Below, in pieces: positions 8,122-18,438 of a DNA stretch of 64,000 nt (position 1 is the first letter of the stretch; every line of letters starts with the position of its first letter). Where the stretch lies: the NCBI GenBank assembly GCA_963709585.1, contig CAVPXI010000014.1, forward strand, positions 320,001 to 384,000, given 5' to 3'. This DNA comes from Candidatus Dormiibacterota bacterium (GTDB taxonomy: Bacteria; Chloroflexota; Dormibacteria; Aeolococcales; Aeolococcaceae). Both the position numbers and the translations under genes were made by a program. The notes beneath the pieces were generated by a model that saw only the letters and a list, made by a program, of their open reading frames with translations, did not search any database and was not told the DNA's origin.

Positions 8122-9564
8122 TCATGGTGGACCGAACCAGGAAGTCAGGGCGTCATGCAGTCCCGTATCGGTGCCTTCCCCCACCCAGGCGACATGTCCG
8201 TCGGGCCGGATCAACGCGGCAGTGGGAGCGGTGACCGCGCCAAGTACCGGAAGTTCCCACAGCCCGGCATGTTCAGCATCGATCACCTGGACCCGGTCCG
8301 CCCACGGTGCGATGTCGAAGCCGCCGGGCGCACCGAGGTTGAGCAGCACCGGCTTGGCGTCGTGCAACAACGAGAACACCCGCACGGTGCCATCCGCAGT
8401 CGCGAGATCCAGGTCGGGCATGCGGCGCCCCAAGAGCGGATGTCCCTCACCGAGGTCATACGCAACGTCGAGGCCCGCGATCATGGCGGCGATGTGCTTG
8501 CGCGGCTCGTCCATGCGCAGCAGCTCCATCACCGTATCGCGCAGTGCAACGGACCGGTCGTCCGTTGCGCCGAGCGCCCTCTGCGCCATGGTGTTCCGCA
8601 GCACCCGCGCACCAACCGGGTGGCGTTCGGCTTGATACGTGTCGAGCAGGCTCACCGGTGATGTCCCGCTGACCACCTGGGCCAGCTTCCAGCCCAGGTT
8701 GACCGCATCCTGAACGCCAATGTTCAACCCCTGGCCTCCGATCGGTGCGTGCACGTGTGCCGCGTCTCGCGCAACCAGCACGCGCCCGCTGCGATAGGCC
8801 ACCGCCTGACGTGTCATGTCGGTAAAGCGAGAGATAAAGCGCGGGCTGTGCGCCCCGTGGTCCGTTCCGTCGACGCGGATGAGCGCTGCGCGGAGATCTT
8901 CCAGAGTAGGCTCGTCGGTGCGGTTCACCTCGGGTTCGATCAGGGTGACGCCCACGCGTCCCTCCTCGGCAGGGCCGATGCCACCACCGCCACGCAGGCC
9001 GAATTCCGGCATCTCCTCCATCTCGACCTCGGCAATGATCCAGCGCGTGGTTGGATCCCAGCCCGCGAAATCGATGCCGGCCGCATTGCGCACAACGCTG
9101 CGGCCCCCGTCGCAACCAACCAGATACTGCGCCCGCAGCGATGTGCCGTCGGACAACACGACATCGACACCGCTGTCGTCCTGCGTCAAACCCGTCACCT
9201 CGCGCTCGCGCAGGATGGGAACGCTCAGCTCATCGAGCCAGCCGGACATGATGCGCTCGAAGTGGCTCTGCAACAGCGCCATCCCGTAGTTGTGGCGGGT
9301 GGGGAAATCGCTGATGTCCATCGGGACTCCACCGAATGCCTGCACCTGCACCGTCTTTCCCTCGGCGAGAAAGCGATCAACGACGCCACGCTGATCGAGC
9401 ACTTCGATGGTGCGCGAGTGCAGACCTCGCGAGCGCGGGCTTTCGAGCTTGAAGCTGGCACGTCGCTCGACGATGACAACGTCGGTCCCCGCCAATGTCA
9501 GCTCTGCCGCCAGCATCATCCCCGTCGGACCGGCTCCGGCGATCACCACCGCATGCTCGCTCAA
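8122..9564 (-). CDS. rox: FAD-dependent monooxygenase, rifampin monooxygenase (Rox)-like
   Basis: GAGPTG, GLHSRTIEVLDQRG, GCDGGRS, GGQGLNIGVQDAVNLGWKLA, GEGHPLLGRRMPD; TTG start after GGAGG; upstream RAE. Confidence 0.75.
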   Translation of the reverse strand: MSEHAVVIAGAGPTGMMLAAELTLAGTDVVIVERRASFKLESPRSRGLHSRTIEVLDQRGVVDRFLAEGKTVQVQAFGGVPMDISDFPTRHNYGMALLQSHFERIMSGWLDELSVPILREREVTGLTQDDSGVDVVLSDGTSLRAQYLVGCDGGRSVVRNAAGIDFAGWDPTTRWIIAEVEMEEMPEFGLRGGGGIGPAEEGRVGVTLIEPEVNRTDEPTLEDLRAALIRVDGTDHGAHSPRFISRFTDMTRQAVAYRSGRVLVARDAAHVHAPIGGQGLNIGVQDAVNLGWKLAQVVSGTSPVSLLDTYQAERHPVGARVLRNTMAQRALGATDDRSVALRDTVMELLRMDEPRKHIAAMIAGLDVAYDLGEGHPLLGRRMPDLDLATADGTVRVFSLLHDAKPVLLNLGAPGGFDIAPWADRVQVIDAEHAGLWELPVLGAVTAPTAALIRPDGHVAWVGEGTDTGLHDALTSWFGPP

Positions 9565-9721
9565 ATTCGCACCTCCGCGGTGATGGTCCGAAACCGTACC
9601 GCGGGCCCCACCATCGGTTCGACGTCCGCACGCGAGCCATACATCGACAACAGCACCCGCACTGCGCGCCTCCCATTTCCGCAGATTTCTGCCCCAGGTC
9701 AGCGATTCTGCGGCAGGCCCC

Positions 9722-9740
9722 GGGTGTTGCCGCAAGCCCC
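9722..9740 (-). promoter_or_regulatory. Rifamycin-associated element (RAE)
   Basis: Minus strand GGGGCTTGCGGCAACACCC; 17/19 match to the RAE consensus as I recall it (GGGGCTTGCGGCAAGGCCC); followed by a CAGAAT -10-like hexamer. Confidence 0.75.
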
Positions 9741-9863
9741 CGGTGCGCTGATACAATTGAGGTGAAGGGAGTGGGTGCTCCTTGCACGTAGCCGCCTAGT
9801 GCTTGACTCGGGGCACCAGTTTTGCGCAGATGACCTGTGGCCGCGCCTGTCAGGTCCGATGAA

Positions 9864-10424
9864 TCACCCCGGCTCAATCAACCTGCCGTTCTTTGACAGG
9901 TTTGGGTCGGTGCATGAGGCAAGGTTGAAACAGCAGGGCCGTCGCTTCCCGCTTTTCATCTTCGAGATGCTTACTTCAACTCGTCGTTTGCGCGTATCGG
10001 GGTTTTGAGTTGCATTGACCCAGCGAACCCATTCCCAGCGCGCCATCGGCGTTATGTCTCTCCATACGTCTTGGATCTTCTGTGGGGCAGTTGCCAGGGC
10101 TGTCTCAAGATCCTGCGGCACGATCGGCTCCGGCCAGTCTTTGCGTGACTCGATTTCCAGCGTCGCGGTGTCACCCGCGCGTAACGCAGCGGTTTGTCGC
10201 AGCGTTTCATCAATCACCATCCAATGGCCAAAAGAGCCATCTGGTTCCAGCACCGTCTGGAACCCATGGCCATTGAGGGTTCCTCGTACCGCCACCTGCC
10301 CGCGCGACGGCAGTTTCCCGCTCGCTTCCTCGGGCAAACGCAAAATAGTCCGTTGGTCGATCGTGTACAGCGTGGCGTCAAAACGAATTGTTGGCGCCGC
10401 TGTGCGCTGACTCATAGTAGTCAC
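9864..10424 (-). CDS. DUF1905 + YdeI/OmpD-associated domain protein
   Basis: LPSRGQVAVRGTLNG, VPQDLETAL, ITPMARWEWVRWV, GKRRPCCFN. Confidence 0.82.
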   Translation of the reverse strand: MTTMSQRTAAPTIRFDATLYTIDQRTILRLPEEASGKLPSRGQVAVRGTLNGHGFQTVLEPDGSFGHWMVIDETLRQTAALRAGDTATLEIESRKDWPEPIVPQDLETALATAPQKIQDVWRDITPMARWEWVRWVNATQNPDTRKRRVEVSISKMKSGKRRPCCFNLASCTDPNLSKNGRLIEPG

Positions 10425-10616
10425 CTATTGTGCAGTCCTACCACCACGATCTCAAGGGGCATAGCCGTCCGATCGCGGCACGGTACGGGGCGGGGACGAG
10501 CCCTCGCGGCCGTCAGTCAGTGGACATCGGTCCACCGAAGCGAGCCGACTTAGACATACTGTCCGCTGATCACGGTTGACCGGTCGGCGCTGCTCTTGCC
10601 CCGAGGAGGATGTTGA

Positions 10617-11234
10617 ATGGGTGTCTATCAGGATCATCTCCTGCCGCGCCTTCAGGATAGGGCCATGGACCGGAAGGCGAATCGCGCGGTGCGCGCTCGC
10701 GTCTGCACTGGGCTGCTTGGCGATGTCGTGGAGATCGGGTTCGGCACCGGACTCAACGTGCCGTATTACCCGTCGGGGGTTACAAGGGTTTTGGCTATCG
10801 AGCCGTCGTCGGTGTGTATGCGGATTGCTGAACCGCGGATCGCTCGGTCGACGGTCCCGGTGGTGCCGGCGGGCCGCAACGGCGAACGCCTGGAACTCCA
10901 ATCCGAAGCGTGCGACGCAGTGCTCTCGACGTGGACGCTTTGCACGATTCCCAACCTCAGCGCTGCACTCGGAGAGATGCGCCGCGTGTTGAAACCGGGC
11001 GGTTCGCTACATTTTGTCGAGCATGGGCACGCCCCCGATCCGCCAGTCGAGCGATGGCAGCGCCAACTCGAACCGCTGAATAAACAACTCGCGGGCGGGT
11101 GTCACCTCACCCGGAACATCCCACAATTGATCGAGGAAGCAGGCTTCGTGGTTGAGAAGCTCGACACGTATTACTCCGAGGGCGAGCCGAAGCCGTTCGG
11201 CTACACGTTCGAAGGACGAGCCATCAAGCGCTGA
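10617..11234 (+). CDS. Class I SAM-dependent methyltransferase
   Basis: VEIGFGTGLN, DAVLSTWTLCTI, RRVLKPGG, GGCHLTR. Confidence 0.9.
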   Translation: MGVYQDHLLPRLQDRAMDRKANRAVRARVCTGLLGDVVEIGFGTGLNVPYYPSGVTRVLAIEPSSVCMRIAEPRIARSTVPVVPAGRNGERLELQSEACDAVLSTWTLCTIPNLSAALGEMRRVLKPGGSLHFVEHGHAPDPPVERWQRQLEPLNKQLAGGCHLTRNIPQLIEEAGFVVEKLDTYYSEGEPKPFGYTFEGRAIKR

Positions 11235-11241
11235 GGAATTG

Positions 11242-11989
11242 CTAGCGCCTCTCGTATTCGTCGTGGCGGCGGAGCCAGAGTTGAGGCGAGTTCGGCTTCA
11301 TCGCGACCGTTGGGGGCACGGTCGAGGATTGGGTAATACCCCATCAAGAACTCCAGCCCACGGGAGGTGGTGGAGTAGACGTGGTAGACGGCACCCTCGT
11401 CGAGGACGAAAGCGCTGAAGCCCGGGCCCTCGGACAGGTAGCCGACCACGTCTGTTCCGGAGGCGCTCGCGAGGTGATCCACGACTGGCGGCATCCCCGC
11501 CTCGATCATCGGCTTGATCCCCTCGCGGGTCTGTTCCTCTGTCCGTGACATGCCGAAGTCGAAATTGAAGTCGCTCTCGGCCGATGAGACCCAGGGAAAG
11601 CTCCAGCCCATCCGGCGCTCATAGGCCTGGAGCTTCGCCAGCGGAGCGCGCGAGACGTAGACCATGGTCACATCCCGTGCGTTGAGATGCGGAAGAACGC
11701 CGTTGACTGCGTCGGCGCTCGAGGAGCAGGTCGGGCAGCCCGCCTCGTAGCTCGGCCCGAACATGAAATGGTAGACAAGAAGCTGTGACCGACCGCCGAA
11801 CAGCTCGGCGAGCGTCCGGATACCTTCGTCGGTCTGAAACCGGTACTCCTTCTCGACCCGGACCCACGGTAGCTCGCGCCGTTGCCTCGCGAGCTCGTCA
11901 CCCATCCGCGTGTGCTCCTTCTCGCGCGCGAGCAGCGCCTCGCGAGCGGACAGCCACTCCTCTCGGCTTGCCACCTTGTGATCAGTCAT
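11242..11989 (-). CDS. DUF899 thioredoxin-like protein (frameshift near C-terminus)
   Basis: SREEWL, RRELPWV, YHFMFGP, GCPTCS, LDRAPNGRDE; conserved WLRRHDEY end lies in another frame. Confidence 0.88.
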
Positions 11990-12135
11990 GCGTGTCCTCC
12001 CATCGAATATCCGCCCATCCGGCCGCTTCCCGCTGTGCTGCCCGGATTTTGATACATGCAGGGTGCAACACCGGCGTTGCAAAGTCGCCACCAGACCGCT
12101 GCAGACGGCGCGATTTCGCAGGCGATCGTACGTTG

Positions 12136-13221
12136 ATGAACGAGCGAGGCATCCATATACCGGGCCTCGACGGGCTTCGCGCCGTGGCGGTGCTGGCCGT
12201 GGTGGCCTCCCACAGCTGGCCTCAGATGCTGATCGGTGGGTGGGCGGGGGTCGACATCTTCTTCGTGCTCAGTGGGTTCCTGATTACCTCCATCCTCCTT
12301 GCCGAGCACGAAAGGAGCGGCCGAATTTCCTTCCAGCGCTTCTACATGCGCCGTGCGCTACGTCTCCTCCCGGCGCTGGCGGTTACGCTGCTGCTCGGCG
12401 TCCTGATCGCACAGGTGATCTACCCGAAGTCAGCCGGCGACACCGTCCACGAGGCGTTGGCCGCCGCCCTCTACGTAGCCAACTGGGTCGTCGCGTTCGG
12501 GCAGGTGCACTCGGGACTGCTCATTCACACATGGACGCTCTCGATCGAGGAGCAGTTCTACTGGACCTGGCCGCTCGCGCTCGCCGTGTTACTTCGCATC
12601 GGCGGCCGGCGGCTCGCGCTCAGAGTAACCATCGCGATGATCGCGGTCGTTGTCATTCACCGCCTGATGGGTGTGCAGGGCGCTTACTTTCGAACTGACA
12701 CTCGCGCGGATTCACTCCTGATCGGATGTGCCGTGGCGATAGCAGCATCCATGGGTGCCTTCGAGCGGCTGAACCGGCGCGCCATGTGCATCGCAACGCT
12801 CATTGGAACGCTTGCACTTGGCTTCGTGTTTGCCTTCGCGCAGCAAGCGTCCCCATTCATGGAGGGTGTGGGGTACACGCTCGTTGCCCTCGCATCCGCG
12901 ACCATCGTCATCGCCCTTGCCGTTCGCCCGCTGCGCCCAGTTACGGCAACGCTGGGTTGGCGCCCGCTCACGTGGATCGGTCAACGTTCGTATGGCGTCT
13001 ACCTGTACCACCCACTGTGCCTTGCGGTGGTCGCGACGCGTCTGGGCATGGTTGGTCCCGCCACACTCGTGACCACCACGGCACTCTCCGTGGCAGCGGC
13101 GGCTGTGTCGTACCGCTACCTGGAGACTCCATTCCTCCGGCTCAAGGATCGAAAGGAGGAATCGACAGCGCGCCCGCGCGCTCACCCAAAGGTGCGGCCG
13201 ACACAACCGAGCCGGTTGTGA
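12136..13221 (+). CDS. Acyltransferase-3 (OafA-like) membrane O-acyltransferase
   Basis: LDGLRAVAV, GVDIFFVLSGFLIT, RRALRLLP, HTWTLSIEEQFY, SYGVYLYH. Confidence 0.92.
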   Translation: MNERGIHIPGLDGLRAVAVLAVVASHSWPQMLIGGWAGVDIFFVLSGFLITSILLAEHERSGRISFQRFYMRRALRLLPALAVTLLLGVLIAQVIYPKSAGDTVHEALAAALYVANWVVAFGQVHSGLLIHTWTLSIEEQFYWTWPLALAVLLRIGGRRLALRVTIAMIAVVVIHRLMGVQGAYFRTDTRADSLLIGCAVAIAASMGAFERLNRRAMCIATLIGTLALGFVFAFAQQASPFMEGVGYTLVALASATIVIALAVRPLRPVTATLGWRPLTWIGQRSYGVYLYHPLCLAVVATRLGMVGPATLVTTTALSVAAAAVSYRYLETPFLRLKDRKEESTARPRAHPKVRPTQPSRL

Positions 13222-13290
13222 AGAACCGCGACGGCGATGGCGGTCGACTACCATGGCCAGCGCGACCGGCGTCGCCACCTGGAGGAGGCC

Positions 13291-13815
13291 ATGGACTTCG
13301 CACTCGAGCCTGGCAAGGAAGTGTTACGCCGCACGCCGGATATCGTGCGGGCGATGCTCTGGGACCTCTCCGATGGTTGGATCGCCGGCGACGAAGGACC
13401 GGAAACATGGTCTCCGTACCAAGTGGTCGGGCATCTCACCTACATCGAGGAGCACGACTGGATCGATCGGACGCGCGTGATCCTCGAACATGGCACTGAA
13501 CGCGTCTTCGAACCGGTGGACCGAGAAGCCGGGTTTACGCAATTCAGGGGCTGGACGCTACCTGATCTCCTGGATCGGCTTGCCGCGGTGCGGATCGCAA
13601 ATCTCGAGACGCTCGACGCGTTGATCGAAGTCGAGGATCTGCAACGAAGGGGTGTCCACCCGACGTTTGGAGAGGTGACGATCGGTCAGCTCCTCGCCAC
13701 ATGGGTGGTGCACGATCTGAATCATCTGGGCCAGATCGTCAAGACCATGGCCAAGCAGTACACCGAGGCGGTCGGCCCTTGGCGCGAGTTCCTCCCCATC
13801 ATCGACGCGCCCTGA
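13291..13815 (+). CDS. DinB-family protein
   Basis: WSPYQVVGHL, GVHPTFGEVT, WVVHDLNH; GGAGG RBS. Confidence 0.88.
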   Translation: MDFALEPGKEVLRRTPDIVRAMLWDLSDGWIAGDEGPETWSPYQVVGHLTYIEEHDWIDRTRVILEHGTERVFEPVDREAGFTQFRGWTLPDLLDRLAAVRIANLETLDALIEVEDLQRRGVHPTFGEVTIGQLLATWVVHDLNHLGQIVKTMAKQYTEAVGPWREFLPIIDAP

Positions 13816-13835
13816 ACTGGCTCGGCGAATCGCGT

Positions 13836-14496
13836 CTATGCGGAGGACGCCTCAGACCAGAGGAGACCCGATAGTTCGTCGGCACTGTGAGCGACACCGA
13901 ACAGCGTGCCCTCGGGCCCCGGAGCCACGCCGGCTTCGAGTGTCCCGGCACCGACGGCGTCGAATCCAAGTCGATCGATGAGCTGCATCACGGCTGCAAC
14001 CGCAGCGCGGTCATCGCCGGCCGCGGCGAGTGCGATGCGGCCCGGCGTGCCACGCGGACGCCTGTCCTCCTGGAATTCGTAGTAGCCCAGGTGATTGAAC
14101 TCTTCACCACGCGCGCCGACGTGAAGCGCTGTTGGACGACGACGCTCGTGCCCATCTGCGCGGTGGCGAGCTCCTCGTCGACGCCGTCGATCTCCTCCCA
14201 GAAGTTCATCGCATCGACGAGGATCTTGCCGTCAAAGAGATCGCGGGGAAGTTCTCGAAAGCGGTGCATGGGAACTGCCAGGATGATGAGGTCGGCGAAA
14301 CCGACGACCTCATCCGTCGCCACCGCACGAGCGCCGGGAGCGAGCACGTCGACGATCAGCGCAATGCGGTCGGCAGGTCCCGATCCCGATATCGCCACGT
14401 CGTATCCGGCTGCCACTGCGGCACGGGCGATGGTCGTACCGACCTTGCCGGCCCGACGATGCCGAGACGCCGCTCGGCCGATTCCCCGCTAGACAC
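13836..14496 (-). CDS. NADPH-dependent F420 reductase-like oxidoreductase (two apparent frameshifts)
   Basis: GIVG(A)GKVGTTIAR, ADLIILAVP, GKILVDAMN, RVVKS, GFDAV across frames. Confidence 0.75.
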
Positions 14497-15631
14497 TGGA
14501 GAATCCAGCGACCGCCGCCGGCAGTCTGATGGCATCCGCCTCCGCCACAGGATGCGCGAGCAACTCCCGGACCCGCGGAATCACCTCTCGTCCGTACAGC
14601 TCGATGGTCGCCATCCGCTGCTCATGGGGTACTCGCCCGGTCGCGTACGCCCAGTCGAACCGGCTGAGACCGAGCTGGCGAATGACGCCCGCTATCTTGG
14701 TCGCAACCGTTTCCGGCGAACCGAGATACAACGAACCATCGTCGATCTCGGCCTGAAAGCGTTCTCTCGTGGGACGCGCCCACCCCCGCTCGGCTGCCGC
14801 ATTCTCGAATATCTCCGCCCAGTACGGCCACTGGATCTCAGCGGCCTCCGTGTCGGTCCTGGCGACGTAGCCGTGTGAGTGCATGCCGATCGGAAGCTGC
14901 GCGTGTCCGTACTTGTCGAGCGCGCGTTTGTAGAGTTGAACCAACGGTGCGAATCGGCTCGGACTCCCGCCGATGACCGCCAGCATGAGCGGCAGCCCGT
15001 AGCGGGCAGCGCGGATCACCGACTGCGGACTGCCACCGACACCAACCCATGTGGGCAGGTGTCCCTCAGGGAGCGGAGGACTCACGTACTGGTTGGTGAG
15101 CGGTGAACGGAAGGTGCCGGACCAGGTGACCGGTTGGTCGCGCAGCAAGTGCGTGAGCAGGTCGAGTTTCTCCTCGAAGAGTTCCTCGTAGTCGGCGAGG
15201 TCGTATCCGAACAACGGGAACGACTCGGTCAGCGAACCGCGACCGACGATGAGTTGTGCACGACCGTTCGACACCGCGTCGAGGGTGGCGAAATTGGTGT
15301 ACACCCTCACGGGGTCCTGGGTGCTGAGCACGGTGACGGCGGTACCGAGGCGGATGCGTTGGGTTCGACCGGCGATCGCGGCCAGCATCACGTGCGACGC
15401 GGAGTCCATCATGTCGGGCCGGTAGTGCTCGGCGATGTTGAACGAGTCGATGCCGACAGCATCGGCGAGGACCGCCTCCTCGACGGTGTTCCGAATAACC
15501 GCATCACCGCTGAGTTGTCGACCGGATTCGTCGACACTGACGTAGACGAACGAATCCAATCCGAATTCAATGTCCGGAGTGATCATGGGTTGCTCCTCAG
15601 CTCCGGCATCGAACACGCTCAGGCCGGACAT
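14489..15631 (-). CDS. LLM-class flavin-dependent oxidoreductase
   Basis: AEHYRPD, RIRLGTAVTVLSTQDPVR, GRGSLTESFPLFG, GVGGSPQS. Confidence 0.92.
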   Translation of the reverse strand: MSGLSVFDAGAEEQPMITPDIEFGLDSFVYVSVDESGRQLSGDAVIRNTVEEAVLADAVGIDSFNIAEHYRPDMMDSASHVMLAAIAGRTQRIRLGTAVTVLSTQDPVRVYTNFATLDAVSNGRAQLIVGRGSLTESFPLFGYDLADYEELFEEKLDLLTHLLRDQPVTWSGTFRSPLTNQYVSPPLPEGHLPTWVGVGGSPQSVIRAARYGLPLMLAVIGGSPSRFAPLVQLYKRALDKYGHAQLPIGMHSHGYVARTDTEAAEIQWPYWAEIFENAAAERGWARPTRERFQAEIDDGSLYLGSPETVATKIAGVIRQLGLSRFDWAYATGRVPHEQRMATIELYGREVIPRVRELLAHPVAEADAIRLPAAVAGFSSV

Positions 15632-16116
15632 GTGGGTGGTTCCTCGGCAACGTCGCAGGGAGGCACCGACACTCCCGCCGCGCGGACCAGCAGGTCGTAG
15701 AGCGTTGCCCGCTCCTCTGCGCTCAGGGCGCTGAACAGGTCATCCTCGACAAGACGCAGCCGGGCGTAGGCGAGACAGAGCTCGCTCCCGCCCAGCGCGG
15801 ACAGCTCGACGATGTGGCGGCGGCGATCGACCGGATCGCGGCGGCGCGTGACCAGTTCGCGCTCCTCCAACTCATTGAGCAGTCCGACGACATTGCTCGG
15901 ATCCAGGCTCAGCGAGTCCGCGAGCCCCTGCTGATTCGCAGGCCCCTGTTCGCTGAGGAGCCTCAGAGCGATCAGGTGACGGGGGCGAAGCCCCCCGGGC
16001 GCCAGCGTTGCCTCGCCGGCGTTCCGACCGACACGCGCGAGGTGCTCAAGCAGGGGCAACAGCAGGTTGTCAACGGATGTCGTAACTGCCCTGGTCTCGC
16101 CCTTGGAGGTTGCCAT
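15619..16116 (-). CDS. MarR-family regulator
   Basis: QQGLADSLSLDPSNVVGLLNELEERELVTRRRDPVDRRR. Confidence 0.9.
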   Translation of the reverse strand: MATSKGETRAVTTSVDNLLLPLLEHLARVGRNAGEATLAPGGLRPRHLIALRLLSEQGPANQQGLADSLSLDPSNVVGLLNELEERELVTRRRDPVDRRRHIVELSALGGSELCLAYARLRLVEDDLFSALSAEERATLYDLLVRAAGVSVPPCDVAEEPPTCPA

Positions 16117-16218
16117 TGACCAATAATACATCGACTACCGGCTATTTGCAATACAGAAATGATTAGTGCTATACCATGTATGTCGCAGTCCGCGTCGTGA
16201 TCAAAAGGTACTGATCCA

Positions 16219-16761
16219 ATGAATCGAAGTCTGAGCGCGCGAGACCTCGCCCTCTTCGCCTTGCGCATGGGGGTCGGTGGGGCACTCGTAGCCCACGGCG
16301 CGCAGAAGCTGTTCGGTTGGTTCGGCGGCGCCGGCCTGGAACAGACGAGCGCGACGTTCGCCAGGCTGGGGTTTCGCCCGGGCACCCTGAACGCGATCGC
16401 GGCCGGCCTGGGCGAAGCCGGCGGCGGCGCCCTCCTGGCGGTCGGCCTGGCGACGCCAGGGGCCGGCGCCGCCGTGGCCGGGACGATGATCGTCGCCTCC
16501 TCGATGCACGTCGACAAGGGCTTCTTCAACGGCAAGGGAGGTTTCGAGTACCCAGCATTGTTGGGGTGGAGCGCCGCATCGCTGGCTCTCACGGGCCCCG
16601 GCAGACTGTCGCTCGACAGTGCGCTTGGGCATCGATTGAACCGATCCTGGATGCGCAACCTCGCGCTGGCTGCCGCCGCGCCGGCCGCGCTCGCGGTCAT
16701 CGCCAGACGACGCCGTGCCGTCACCGCCGCGCAGGCCGCGCAGCCGGGTGCCGCGGCGTAG
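16219..16761 (+). CDS. DoxX-family membrane protein
   Basis: HGAQKLFGWFGGAG, GGFEYP, GPGRLSLD. Confidence 0.9.
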   Translation: MNRSLSARDLALFALRMGVGGALVAHGAQKLFGWFGGAGLEQTSATFARLGFRPGTLNAIAAGLGEAGGGALLAVGLATPGAGAAVAGTMIVASSMHVDKGFFNGKGGFEYPALLGWSAASLALTGPGRLSLDSALGHRLNRSWMRNLALAAAAPAALAVIARRRRAVTAAQAAQPGAAA

Positions 16762-17097
16762 GAAACAAGCGCCTGACCATCAGCGCCGCATCCGAGCTGT
16801 CCGCTGACGGAGGCCGTGTGTGCGCCTGCGGACTGACAGGGTCGGCGATCTGCCTTCAAGCTCGACTTCTCGGAGACATGACGGAGTGCGCTTCCAGCCC
16901 ACGTGCGTACTGCGTCCATACAACTTCGAGTACGACGGAGCTGCACGCGAGCTCCACGATCTGAAGGGTGTGGCCGCCCCTGGAGCGTCTCTCCCCCTCC
17001 CGCTCCGGGCGGCCATACCTCGATCGTGACCGGTGCGAACGGGCATAATCCGGCCGCCGGCCTGCAATCGCCGCCGGCTTCAAGCGAGGAGACGCTG

Positions 17098-17304
17098 ATG
17101 GCACGAATCGATGAGTTGACCGACGAAAAAGCGGCCGAATTCGGACGCACGTTCATACGGTGGCTGACGGACGAGGATCCCGCTGGGGTCGCGAGGTTCT
17201 TTCCCGACCTCGATCCACACGCTATCGAGGACTTGGAAGCCTCGGACATCGGCCGAGCCGTCCTCGAGGATCTCGTCGCCGAACGCTTCGTGCAGCCGCG
17301 CTAG
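17098..17304 (+). CDS. Small acidic hypothetical protein (68 aa)
   Basis: GAGGAG RBS, ATG, plausible helical sequence MARIDELTDEKAAEFG... Confidence 0.55.
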   Translation: MARIDELTDEKAAEFGRTFIRWLTDEDPAGVARFFPDLDPHAIEDLEASDIGRAVLEDLVAERFVQPR

Positions 17305-17384
17305 GCGCCCGAGGCCTTTCCCGCCCCGATCGAGACGTCGATCCGCCCAGGGTGACTGGCGCCGGCGCCTGCCGGCGGCGCTGG

Positions 17385-18333
17385 TTAGATGGCGCCTGGT
17401 GTGGCCGTCGGCGTCGGCGCCCCCGCCGGGGTACCGCCGCTGCCATACCCGCCGGGGGGCACCGCGGTCGTCAAGCTCGACCAGGCGACGGCGCCGGTGG
17501 GCGCACTCACCGACGGCGCCGTGCCCCAGGCGCTGAAGGTGGTCGTGGATGTCAGGACCACGACGCCGACGGAGATCGTGGACGTATCGATGATCGGCAG
17601 GTCGGTTCTCGGAGCGACGTCGAGTGTTCCGGTCCCGGCAGGGAGGTTGTTCGTGGGTGGGACGGCTCCGGAGATCCTCGTGGCCGTGACACCTCCCGCG
17701 TCAGTGACTCTGGTGCTGGACTTCAGGGGTCAGCGCCAGAGTCAGTTTCGCCTGACTGCCGGCCGTGATACCCGGCTGGAGGATGGTGTACGGACCGTTG
17801 CCGCCCACCACGGAGACCCACTTGCCGTCAACGCTCGTGGCTGACGCCGCGGACACGCCGAGTTGATCCTCGATTGCCGGGACGTTGCCCTTGAAGTAGA
17901 CCGTGGTGCCGACGAGAAGCAGTGTGAACTGCTCGGCACCGTAGTTCGAATCGAAGGTGATCGCCTGACTTCCCCCCGACTGCCCGGCATCACCCACGAT
18001 GGTCTGGGGATAACCACCCGCGGTCACGGCCACGTAGTGGAAACCGGTCGAGGCGCGGGTCGACGCCACCGCCTGCTGGTAGAGCGCGCGTGCCTCCGCA
18101 GCGCTACCAGTCGTCGCCGGCACGGCCGTCGGTGAGCCCGAGGTCGATTGAGTGCCCTGGATATGGCGCACCAGGAGCACGCTGCCAACGCCGATGCCGG
18201 CGGCGATGATCCCGGTGGCGGCGAAGAGGGCAACGACCGCGAGGATCGGCGAGGTGCGCCTGGGCGGCGTGGTCGACGGCGCGGGTGGCCATGCCGGTGG
18301 CTGGGGGGGAAATGCCCAGCGGTCATCGTTCAT
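17385..18333 (-). CDS. Membrane-anchored hypothetical protein (possibly LppX/LolA-like fold), frameshift near 17740
   Basis: Pro-rich N-terminus, single TM, Thr/Gly-rich extracellular domain continuing in another frame to TAA at 17385. Confidence 0.55.
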
Positions 18334-18438
18334 CGCACACCATGGTGAACGGTCGGGCCTTTCTGTTCGCTTGCATGGAGAAGCCTGAGTTCGATACTAG
18401 TCGACGCCACTGCGCCCACCGCCACGAAGGAGAAGCCC

